DNA of 55,584 nucleotides from Stramenopiles sp. TOSAG23-6 (taxonomy: Eukaryota): the NCBI GenBank assembly GCA_900128565.1, contig LT635919.1, positions 1 to 55,584 of the forward strand, given 5' to 3'. Positions 38,884 to 49,100 of the stretch are shown piece after piece. A program made the translations under genes and the position numbers. The notes beneath the pieces were generated by a model. It had not been told where the DNA came from, searched no databases, and saw only the letters and a list, made by a program, of their open reading frames with translations. Position 1 is the first letter of the stretch, and each line of letters starts with the position of its first letter.

Positions 38884-39891
38884 ATGACAAATTTATTCAC
38901 TCCAACATGGTTATTCTGTCTTTTCATTCTACTTTCTAACACAACAGTTGTAAATGGTATGGATGGACAACAACAATTGAAACCCCATGGCGATAAAGAG
39001 ACGATTCTTGAACTTGAACAACAGCTCGCTGTAGCGAACGCAACGATTCGTGAACTTCAAGGACAGCTCACTGCAGCAAACGCAACGATTCGTGAACTTC
39101 AAGGACAGCCAGGACAACCAGGACAGCTCGCTGTTGCACAAGCATCAAACAACATGAAACTCGCATTAGGCCTAACATTTAGCCACATTTCCGATTTATC
39201 TAACACAGTCGTAGGTAGTTTGTCTGCTGTTTCACGTGCAATGAACGAGGCAAGTGAAATTGAATTTGGCATGCGTGCAAATCGTATGTATGAAAGGCTG
39301 ATGGAATCGATGGAATCGCTAGCTGTAAGTGAGAAGGAAAAACTTTTCATTGAAGAAGTAAAACAGAGCTCAAGTCAACGACTAACCATAACCCTAAAAC
39401 AGAGCTCAAGTCAACGACTAAGCCATTTAAGAAGTATTCGTAAGTTATTGGAAAGAAAAGCTTTAACTGCATTGTATGATAGTACAAATGGAGATAGAAC
39501 TTGGAAAAATAAGACAAAATGGAAGACAGATAAAGATATTTGTGAATGGCATGGAGTTACGTGTACTGACGAAAGTGTTACTGTATTGAACTTGCACTAT
39601 AACAAACTATCTGGTGAAATACCAAAAGAAATTGGTTATCTAACAAGTCTCAAAGAGTTGAACTTGCAAATGAACAAACTATCTGGTCCAATTCCAANGG
39701 AAATTGGTCAACTAACAAATCTCNAANAGTTGTACTTGAATGATAACAACCTAACTGGTCCAATTCCAACGGAAATTGGTCAACTAACAAATCTCAAAGA
39801 ATTGTGGTTGACATACAACAAACTATCTGGCCCAATTCCAAAAGAAATTGGTCAACTAACAAATCTTAAAAATTATAAGATTATGGGTTGA
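38884..39891 (+). CDS. Secreted coiled-coil + LRR protein (LRRNT cap + ~4 plant-type LRRs), possibly C-terminally truncated
   Basis: Signal peptide; [23 protein letters not shown]; repeated [22 protein letters not shown]; ends mid-repeat. Confidence 0.85.
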   Translation: MTNLFTPTWLFCLFILLSNTTVVNGMDGQQQLKPHGDKETILELEQQLAVANATIRELQGQLTAANATIRELQGQPGQPGQLAVAQASNNMKLALGLTFSHISDLSNTVVGSLSAVSRAMNEASEIEFGMRANRMYERLMESMESLAVSEKEKLFIEEVKQSSSQRLTITLKQSSSQRLSHLRSIRKLLERKALTALYDSTNGDRTWKNKTKWKTDKDICEWHGVTCTDESVTVLNLHYNKLSGEIPKEIGYLTSLKELNLQMNKLSGPIPXEIGQLTNLXXLYLNDNNLTGPIPTEIGQLTNLKELWLTYNKLSGPIPKEIGQLTNLKNYKIMG

Positions 39892-40394
39892 GCTTAAGAA
39901 GTAACTACGGCATATCAGAGAATTTGTGTAATTGCATAAAATAAAACTAATAAAAATGTCAAAAAAAGGTTCGTCGTCTTTTAAATTTACCTAAACCTGT
40001 TAATGTGTTTGGTGATTTTTATTTTAAAGAGAGTAAAGTTTCAATTAAAATCAATATTATGTTTTCCAAAAAAAAATGCACACCTCAAGCTCCACATTTA
40101 ATCCTGTCTACGTACATAATATCCTCAATGAAAATTTACCTACTATTTTATAATTATGGTACTTGTATTAACTTCAAGGTAAACCGTAGAAGTCCAGAGG
40201 ATTCCAAAGGTGAACAAATTCGAAAGCAAAAATTAAATTTTATCAACCTGAAAATGTATTCGTATATAATATAGCTAGTAATTTTGATTTTATTATTCAA
40301 AAAAGACAGACAAGAGTAGCAAGTTGTCAAAGGTATCAAATAAACTTATTTCTTGAATTTGTTGGTACATTATTGTCACTATTCTTTTAAAACC

Positions 40395-43300
40395 TTAATT
40401 GCTGTTGAGTTCCTCAATAAGAGTCGAGTCATTCACTGAATTTCCAAGACCTAACTTCAATGCCTGTTCTAAAGCCGCAGCACCGTCAACTAACCTCTCA
40501 GGTTTCCAGTGTTTACATAATAAAGCCAATTGACCCCAAACTTGGGGATTTGACCTATCTAGAATATTAGCTTCAACAAGTGCGTCCTCCGCAGCAGCAA
40601 GATCTCCAAGTTTCATACAGGAAATCCCCACTCCTAACCACAATGTTGCTGAAGGTTGTCCTAGGGGATATGGACGACAAATGCGCAGGAAAATTTCCCT
40701 AGCTAAGACATATTTTTCATGTAGTAAATAAAGATTACCTAAACGCATGTATACAAATGCTGGGGTACTCAACGAAGTAGCATTGTCGTCTTTACTCGCT
40801 TCAAGTGTGGCCTCATAGCAGTTTTGCGCCTCGTAGTGCATTCCTTTTTCGAAATTTATATGTCCCAAAAATTCAAATATTTTTGCTTTTTCTAAACTTC
40901 CATGCCCTGGCATTTCAAGAGCTTCTCGGAACTGTCGTTCAGCATTCTTCAAATCATCGCATTGAAGCATACACCTCCCTTCAAGAATACATTGACGAAT
41001 AAGCATTTTCGAGCTTGATGCTTTCTCTGGTCGTTGTAAAGTTCCTAATATAGAAAGTGCATTTTTTGCAATATCTACTAAATTAATATCAAGAAGAAAA
41101 TTTGTAATGTCTAAAAGAGATTGAAATTGATCCAGTAAACCACCTCGAGAAATTCTTGGCCAGTACTTATGCTTGAATCGTCGTAAATCTTGATTGTTTT
41201 CAGCCCTCATGAAATGTACAATGCGTAGGAGAGCAGTAAGATCTATCAGACTTGTACCAGATATATCACTATTTTCTTCATTTTGTTTTTTTTCGACAGA
41301 ACTTTTTACGGAAAGAGCAAAACGAATGAATAAACTTGCTTTACTCAAATCTCCTTGGGTTAAATACAGCGCAGCTATAGTTTTCAATGCATATAGAGAG
41401 TTTATATCCAATGCTAGTACTTTTAATAATGTTTCGATGGCAGCGTCCCTATTTTTGAATTTTAAAAAGCAATTTGCTTCACAGATTAATACTTTTATCA
41501 AAGCTGATATTTTTGTATCGCGCTCAGATTCATCACAAGATGGCAATCTCTCGGCATTCAATTCTATTTTTGTGAACATAGACTGAGCAAGATTTTCATC
41601 TCCATTCATTTCTGCTTCAGCTGCGAGTGTATACAGTGCATCATTTGAAGATCCATCCGTATTTACATTATTGGCTGAAAATTTTCGAATATCATCTGAA
41701 GATCTAGGTAACATTGGTCCTCCTTGGTTTGCAGCATTAACTAATTGATTCAGTGTTACATTACTTTCATTTAGCAAGTCTTCGTAAACACTCGCTAGAA
41801 ACAAATCCGATTGAGGTTCTATTGAGGAATCAACTGCTCTTGATTCTTTAACTACTTTAACAATAGATCTCTTTAACTTTTCTTTGAATAAATAATAATC
41901 ACCAGACTCATTCAAACGATACATCACCTGACGACGCAGATCTTTAGCCGATAATGTGATATTATTTCCAGCTGATTCTTCTACAACATGCTTCAATACA
42001 AGACTTACTACGTTTCTCACCTCTCCACCAAAACTTTCTCGCGCACTACTACTTGATGGTTGGAGTTTTATAATTCTAGGGGGAATTAAATCTGCTAAAC
42101 TCTTACCGTCATCTTTATCTTCGTCATTGGAAATTATTATTGGTTCATCATATGACACGCGACATGAAAAAGATCCCATTTCTTTCTCACCATGTTGTCT
42201 TACTTTGCATGTATGATAACTTGTTTTCACATTTTCTTCAAACATATTTAAAAAATCACACTTTCCAGTCAATTTTTCTTCATCTGTTGTATCTGTCTTA
42301 GATGAACTTGGCCGACTGGATTCATTTCCAATGATACTTGTGCCTAACATCGTTGATGCTTTCAGGGTAATTTGCCATGATACAAAATCGTCATCATTAT
42401 CAATCATTGCTTCGATAGATGTATTACTCAAGAATACACGAATAGCTGCATTGCCCCACGATGCAGTTCGAAGATTATTTCTAGAATCTTGAGTAACTGC
42501 ATCACCTGCAACCGCATCATCTACAACCGTATCACCTTCAACCACATCACCTTCAACCGTATCACTTGCAACCACATCATCTGCAACCACTTCATCTGCA
42601 ACCACATCGCCAGGAACTATACCAGATTCTCCTTTGGCTTCTTCTGTTCCAGCTTCTTCATCTGCTGCAATATCTGGAGATTCACTAGCTATTTGAGGCA
42701 TATCTGTCACTACTTCTTCAAATTCTCCACCGCCTACTTGCCAATAGCAGAAACCATTTTCATCTCCAATACCAAATGACTTTGTACTAAATTGAAGAGG
42801 TTTTCCGGCACAAGTATTTACAAAATCATTTGATACACCTAAAATGGAAAATTCTGAAATATTAATGACTCGACCTTCTTTGCAATATGTTTTCAATGTT
42901 TCACTCATACTTAAATCAATTTCAATTTGTGAATTTGAAAGAGTAGTAATAAGAGCTACTCTAGCTGCAGCAATATTTCTCTCATCACTCAAAGTTGAAT
43001 CCTCTACCTCGGTATTTTGTGGTGCTGTGACAGATTCCTCCAACACAGCATCTGTGGCTTCTGCGTTCTCTGCTTCAGTAATAGAGTCTTCTGTTTTTCC
43101 TGTTTCTTCAGGTTTTTCTACTTCTTCTATTTTTTCTACTTCTGTTTCTGCTTTTTCCGTTGTTGAAGAACTTAAAGAATAAAAACCTGTATGTGAGCCA
43201 CTACGAGCAAAACTCGATAATTCCACTGACTCCATACAAGCAACAAGTGTACTCTTACTCTGTTTACCCTTTTCGCCTTTGGGGCAAATATAAACATCCA

Positions 43301-43658
43301 CAGATAATTCCGAATTCACAAGACTAGTAACATTTAGTTCATTGACGTCTATAGCCTTTGATGAACGCGAATAATCAAAAAAATATTCTTCACTCAGCGT
43401 AGCAAACTCTTCCAAGTTATCATCCGCATCATCATTTTCAGCCCACCAATAATTAAATGGTTTGTCCGTAGATGTGTCTTTAATTGAACACTTAGCCCAT
43501 ACATCGAACACAGAAAGCGGTTCTATTTTTTTATTGTTTGTATTCGTCACAACATCAGCATTTGCAGACTCAGCAACAGAAGTACTTTCGTCGGTGTTTC
43601 CTTTTAAAAGTGAGAGGAGTTTAATAGTAAAGAAATTACTGTTGCTACAATTATCCAT
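40395..43658 (-). CDS. CFAP70: Cilia/flagella-associated protein 70 (TTC18)-like TPR protein
   Basis: LNESGDYYLFKEKLKRSIVKVVKE and the C-terminal PSATLWLGVGISCMKLGDLAAAEDALVEANILDRSNPQVWGQLALLC. Confidence 0.8.
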   Translation of the reverse strand: MDNCSNSNFFTIKLLSLLKGNTDESTSVAESANADVVTNTNNKKIEPLSVFDVWAKCSIKDTSTDKPFNYWWAENDDADDNLEEFATLSEEYFFDYSRSSKAIDVNELNVTSLVNSELSVDVYICPKGEKGKQSKSTLVACMESVELSSFARSGSHTGFYSLSSSTTEKAETEVEKIEEVEKPEETGKTEDSITEAENAEATDAVLEESVTAPQNTEVEDSTLSDERNIAAARVALITTLSNSQIEIDLSMSETLKTYCKEGRVINISEFSILGVSNDFVNTCAGKPLQFSTKSFGIGDENGFCYWQVGGGEFEEVVTDMPQIASESPDIAADEEAGTEEAKGESGIVPGDVVADEVVADDVVASDTVEGDVVEGDTVVDDAVAGDAVTQDSRNNLRTASWGNAAIRVFLSNTSIEAMIDNDDDFVSWQITLKASTMLGTSIIGNESSRPSSSKTDTTDEEKLTGKCDFLNMFEENVKTSYHTCKVRQHGEKEMGSFSCRVSYDEPIIISNDEDKDDGKSLADLIPPRIIKLQPSSSSARESFGGEVRNVVSLVLKHVVEESAGNNITLSAKDLRRQVMYRLNESGDYYLFKEKLKRSIVKVVKESRAVDSSIEPQSDLFLASVYEDLLNESNVTLNQLVNAANQGGPMLPRSSDDIRKFSANNVNTDGSSNDALYTLAAEAEMNGDENLAQSMFTKIELNAERLPSCDESERDTKISALIKVLICEANCFLKFKNRDAAIETLLKVLALDINSLYALKTIAALYLTQGDLSKASLFIRFALSVKSSVEKKQNEENSDISGTSLIDLTALLRIVHFMRAENNQDLRRFKHKYWPRISRGGLLDQFQSLLDITNFLLDINLVDIAKNALSILGTLQRPEKASSSKMLIRQCILEGRCMLQCDDLKNAERQFREALEMPGHGSLEKAKIFEFLGHINFEKGMHYEAQNCYEATLEASKDDNATSLSTPAFVYMRLGNLYLLHEKYVLAREIFLRICRPYPLGQPSATLWLGVGISCMKLGDLAAAEDALVEANILDRSNPQVWGQLALLCKHWKPERLVDGAAALEQALKLGLGNSVNDSTLIEELNSN
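42495..42615 (-). repeat. 15-nt coding repeat (GDVVA/DEVVA/GDTVV)
   Basis: Tandem accacatcacct(t/g)ca-like units. Confidence 0.8.
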
Positions 43659-43931
43659 TGTAGTCTTATTCTAAGCTTTCTCAGGTCGTCGAGTTAGTTT
43701 TCTATTTTTCAATTACAAAAGACTGTGTAGAAGATCAAGATTTGGTAGAAGTAGTAAATTGCAAAAATGAAAAGTAACTCCCGTGAAACGGAACTCCTTT
43801 TTCGTGTTTTTTCCATATATTCTAAATTTGCTATCCACGTGTTGTTGATGTTCTCATCTCAAGTTCAACAACAACAGTGTCAGTCAATGCCATCACACGA
43901 TTGTGTGTGAGTCGAACTGCATCTTGATAAG

Positions 43932-45937
43932 ATGTCAAAGGTTCTAAACATTAACGTAGGTATTTTGGGTCATGTTGATAGTGGGAAAACTAGTCTTGTC
44001 CGTGCGTTGAGTACACATTTATCTACAGCAAGCCTTGATAAAAGTAGACAAAGTCGAGAGACAGGCATGACTCTTGATCTGGGGTTTAGTGCCTTCACTC
44101 GCCCAGCACTTCCCCCCCAACTCAAACCTTTAGATAGTTCAAAGCAATTTTCCAGTCTTCAATACACATTGGTTGATTGTCCCGGTCATGCTTCTCTTAT
44201 AAGGACTGTAATTGGTGGAGCACACATTATAGATTTGATGCTACTTGTAATTAATATCACCAAAGGGATGCAAACGCAGACTGCGGAGTGTCTCGTGATT
44301 GGTGAAATAACAACCGATAATTTAATTGTTGTACTTAATAAAATCGACATGCTTCCTGAAGATACTCGTGAGGAATCTATTGAAAAAGCAAAGTGTGAGA
44401 TTCGGGAAGCTTTAAAACCAACACGGTTTGCAGATGCCCCAATGGTAGCCGTAGCTGCAGCCGTAGGTGCTGGTGGAAAAAATGATACAAAACGTCAAGA
44501 TAAGGAACAAGATGCTGCATCAGCAGCTCTTGGGTTGCCAGAACTTATAAGTGTCATGGATTTACAAGTTAAATTACCAAATCGATGTGAGGTTTCAGAA
44601 TCTCAGTTATATTTCGCAGTAGATCATGTACGTTTTTCTCATGAATTTCGAATTTAGTTTTTTTTTCATACGAAATTTTGTACCTAACGATTTTTTTTAT
44701 GAAAAAAAAATATTTTTTTACAATACATTGTTTCCCTATTCGAGGTCAAGGAACAGTCATGACAGGCACAGTATTGCGTGGTTGTATCACTGTGGGTCAA
44801 TCAGTTGAGATTGTTGCTTTGGGTGTTGTAAAAAAAGTTAAATCTATGCAAATGTTTCACAAACCTGCAAAAATAGCAGTTCAGGGTGATCGAGTTGGTA
44901 TCTGTGTTACTGGGTTAGATGCCAAACTAGTAGAGCGAGGAATTGTTGCAGCTCCTGGTTCAGTCCCTACTATTACTACAGCCATTGCTCTTATTCGACC
45001 TGTTCGGTATTTTAAAGAAATTTGTAACAGTGGTCAATTGTATCATATTACAGTTGGTCATACAACTGTTATGGCGTCCGCAACGTTTTTTGGGGCACAT
45101 GAACTTCAAAACGAAATCTCTGCTAAAGAAACGTTTCTGAACAGTTCGACTCTTCCTCGGAAAGAATTTGATTTTACAAACGAATTTGTTTATCAAATGG
45201 ACCTTAAAAAGTATATAAATACACGTGGAAGTAGTTCAGGATGGATGATTCGAAAGGGCAGAGGAAGAGGTCGAGGAAGNGGCAGAGGTCGAGGCAGAGG
45301 CAGAGGCAGAGGTCGAGGCAGAGGTCGAGGCAGAGGTCGAGGTCGAGGTCGAGGGAATACCACAATAAATGCAACTCCTCCTATTCCACCTCCTGATACA
45401 AATGATTGCAGAACATTAGATGAGTCAGGTAAAGATCAATATCCACCTTTCCAATGGGTTTTACTACGTTTCGAAACTCCAGTGCAATGTCCAATTGATA
45501 GTGTAATTATTGGATCTCGACTGGATACCGATATCAAGAAAAATGAATCCACATGTCGCTTAGCATTTAATGGAAGATTATCCTGTCAGATAGATGCTGA
45601 TGACCCAAAAGAATTAGAAAAACTTCGGTTGTATAAAGATAAGCAAAGAACAGCTCAAATCTATAGATTAGATACTCAACCAGGTGTCGTTATATGTAAT
45701 AATCTTTTTGGGAAACTTTCTGATCCATCTAAATTCATTGGAATGAAATTAGAACATCGATGTGGAGCTATTGGAACTTTTGTTTCTGTATTTGGCAAAT
45801 CTGGAAAATTTCGAGTCCAATTTAATCCAGCAGAAGTTAAAGGTAAACTCCAAAAAGGCCAGCCTTTAGTACTTCGATTTCGAAAGTATGTCTACGCTTG
45901 TGATAGAAAAGAACTCACGCAATTATATGGTAGTTAG
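43932..45937 (+). CDS. EEFSEC: Selenocysteine-specific elongation factor eEFSec; exons 43932-44627 and 44729-45937
   Basis: NVGILGHVDSGKTSL, MTLDLGFS, DCPGHASL, NKID, FAVDH|CFPIRGQGTVMTGT and CRLAFNG. The two track ORFs join on removal of 101 nt. Confidence 0.93.
44628..44728 (+). mobile_element. Non-canonical GT-AT intron, putative introner element (101 nt)
   Basis: CAT|GTACGT...TACGAAATTTTGTACCTAAC...CAATACAT|TG. Removal restores the conserved FAVDHCF. There is no AG between the branch motif and the exon. Confidence 0.85.
45256..45355 (+). repeat. (Gly-Arg)n coding microsatellite within eEFSec
   Basis: ggcaga/ggtcga hexamers, about 16 units, with one N. Confidence 0.9.
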
Positions 45938-46161
45938 GCCTTACCAAAACCAAAAGATGACTTATTATATAAAAAACAAAGATGAAAGTCTTTTCAGTGT
46001 CTCTTTTTTGTTTTCCTTGTTGCAAAAGAAAACATAANATATATATATATATATATTAGTTTAAAACAATTTTCCACACACATTTCTTTATTTATGATCC
46101 ATTTGATATACAGAAGATTACAAAAGAATTAGTTTTATATTAATAATCTCGTTGACTTTCC

Positions 46162-49100
46162 TTATTGAACTGAGCATGAGTTTTCATCATCATCGCGTAA
46201 AGCTGAAAATGTCTCGTTATCTTGGTCACGCAATTGAAATATATTTTCTAACTTACAATTAGATGATGATCTCTTCCGGTAAAATAAAAGGTATGCCATT
46301 CTATTTATAACAGCAGTTTCCTTCACATGTTGATAATTGTTATCATTAAAGAAAGTCCAATTACCATCAGTAGGATTTTTGGTATACGCAACATAATGGC
46401 CGGCTCCAAGTTGACCAAAATGACTTACTACAGCATATAAATCATATAAACAGTCCATTCGACTAACTTCTAGCGGCATTGGCTCAATAAAACTTCCAGG
46501 GCTTCGGGGTTTTTTATCCACTTTTTCAACCATTTTTATATTATTCATTCCTGTATCTTCATTCGTGTCATTTGATACCATAAAGGGAGACATATCTAAA
46601 CCCTCTACTGGAAATTTTACGAATTTATTAATCTTCTGGATTACACCACGATGATGACGGAAACGTTTCAACTGGATGACCAAGACTTCAGGTAAGCGCC
46701 ACAAATTCATCTTCTTCATATGAGGAGAGAAAATTGGACAAGCAGAAGAAGAATCAACTCTATTATTTTTTTCGGTAGAAGAATCAACGCTATTATTTTT
46801 TTCAGTAGAAGAATCAACACTATTACTTTTTTCAGTAGAAGAATCAACACTATTATTTTTTTCAGTAGAAGAATCAACACTATTATTTTTTGTACTAAGT
46901 TTGTCAATACCTGCATTCACAATAGCACAATCACTGACTTTTACAATCTCTTTTGTATTTTGAATGTCTGATTTTTCAGACGTTTTGGCAGTTGTTTGCG
47001 ATTGATTTGCCGTACATTTTGAACAAAATAAATCATCAATAATTTCCTCTTCTATAAAACGATCAAGACAATGTTCGACAGTAAGATCTTTTGCATCTTT
47101 ATATACATGACGTGCCACACTGGGATGAATCGCAGATTTATGTGCCTCTCCCTTATTTAACGTTTCATCTATAATATTTTCCGACCAATCTACAGCAATC
47201 AAATAACCTTCAAAAATTAACTTTTCTTGTTCCAAAGTTGGCATTATAAGTTCATTCATTTCATTTGGGTTTAGCCAAGATGATACACGTGACACATTAG
47301 TCGTAGTAGTGTTACCTCTCCTGGTATTATTATTACGGTGCATTCTTCTTTTGGAATTTTTTGTGTCGATAATGCGAACACACCCAGAACTGTTTTCTAT
47401 ATCTAAATATTTTAGTGTAAATCCCCATTGTTTAGATACCTCTTCACTTTTTGTACCTTCACATATTGACGCTTCCGGAATCTTCAACGTAGAAGCATTT
47501 CTACGTAAATGTAGCAATCGATGCCAAACGTATTTATATAGACTAAAACCAGTTAAAGATGAAGGGAAACATCGATAAATAAATGGTATACCAGATAACT
47601 GTCTGTGACAAGGTTTCGTAGCGTAAATTGTGGCAATTGTAAATATTCTTTGTACAAACAAAACGTATATGGGTAATGCAGCACGATATATCAAAGATTC
47701 ACACGGCAAATGATGATGTAAATCACCATTACTACATCGTATAGAGACTGTTTTACCATTGTCTTGGACATCAACAACTATACCAGTTGTAAATGCTAAT
47801 GTTCTAGAATTTCTAGAATACGCTGTTAATCCGAGTGTAGGGGTAATCTGCTCCTTCACTTCCGGCGATTCTTCACCGATAGAACGACTACTTTCATAAA
47901 AAACATCATGATTTGGAGGGGTATTTATCTCACTTTTGTTCAACATATGTATTTCATTCGGAGTAGTCGACTGTATAATACTACTGTTTTCCTCTATCTT
48001 TGATTTAAGTTGTTCACGGCGCCAAGCAGCAGGAGAAATTATACCTGTTGATGAGGATAAAATACTTCCAATTTTACCTGGAGATCCAAATGATGATGAT
48101 CTCGAAAAAGGGCGAATCGTATTTTCAATATCACTGCAAGATGTACGACATTTACTTTCAATTTCAGGTGTCGAAGATATATTAGATTCATTATGAATAC
48201 TATTATGTCTAGATAAATTATCTTTACTACATTCCTCGTATGGGATTTCATTCGCATGTATTGCGTTTTGTTCTAATTCAGTATACGGATGCATTTCATA
48301 AGCAACTAAACGATCGGCACCAACACATAAAGTTTTCAAAGAATCTGAATGATTTGCTATTCGAATAATCTTTTTACCCTTGAGAGCAGCAAGAACCCAG
48401 ATTCCTCGATCAATGGTTTCATNCTCATTTTCATCTTCACTTGTGTCACTTTCAGTATTGTCTTGATAATCTTCATCTTTTGATAACAATCGAGATAATT
48501 TGTGTAAAATTATGCGCGTAGAACAGTGTAATGAAACTGAAATCGAACAACGAAGAAGTGTTCTATTTCCCCATATAATCTGCGGCGCTTTGTACATCAC
48601 TGTAATTGAAATTGTTTTTTTTACAGGATCAGGAAGATCCAATTGAATTAATCCTTGAAATGTTTCAAAACGAGCTCTTTCTTTACCACATGTACAACAA
48701 GTTAATACAGATTTGAATTGGCCAGTAAATAATGCAGTAATAATAGATAATTCACGACTTATATGATTATTCCACCATTCTGCAGCGACTTCAGCATCAG
48801 ATCGTCCGTCACTATCTTTCATCTGCATATGTTGAGAATTCCTACGAGAAACGCGATTAAGATCTTCGGATAGACCTGTTAACAAAAACGATAGTAATTC
48901 TTGTGCATCCTGTTGTTCATAGCTAGAAAATCTTGGTTGAAATCTTCCCATTGTACGTAGAAAACTACTCGGTGAAATTGACGACTTTCGAGTATTCCAC
49001 ATTTTACTGACGAGACTAGCATAAGCCATTGCAATTTCTCCCCGCATTCCCCATTTATTCACAGTATTAATATCATGTAAATGCTGTTCGCGTAAAAAAT

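Noticed and set aside
44626-44726. Reading the eEFSec and formin introns as classical U12 AT-AC introns
   Set aside because: The AT-AC register is possible, but the 5' end is ATGTAYGT rather than ATATCCTT, and the branch motif is about 40 nt from the 3' end. GTAYGT fits a U2-type donor better.
43932-45937. eEFSec as a frameshifted pseudogene or two separate genes
   Set aside because: Removing exactly 101 nt restores the conserved motif, and both halves are otherwise intact.
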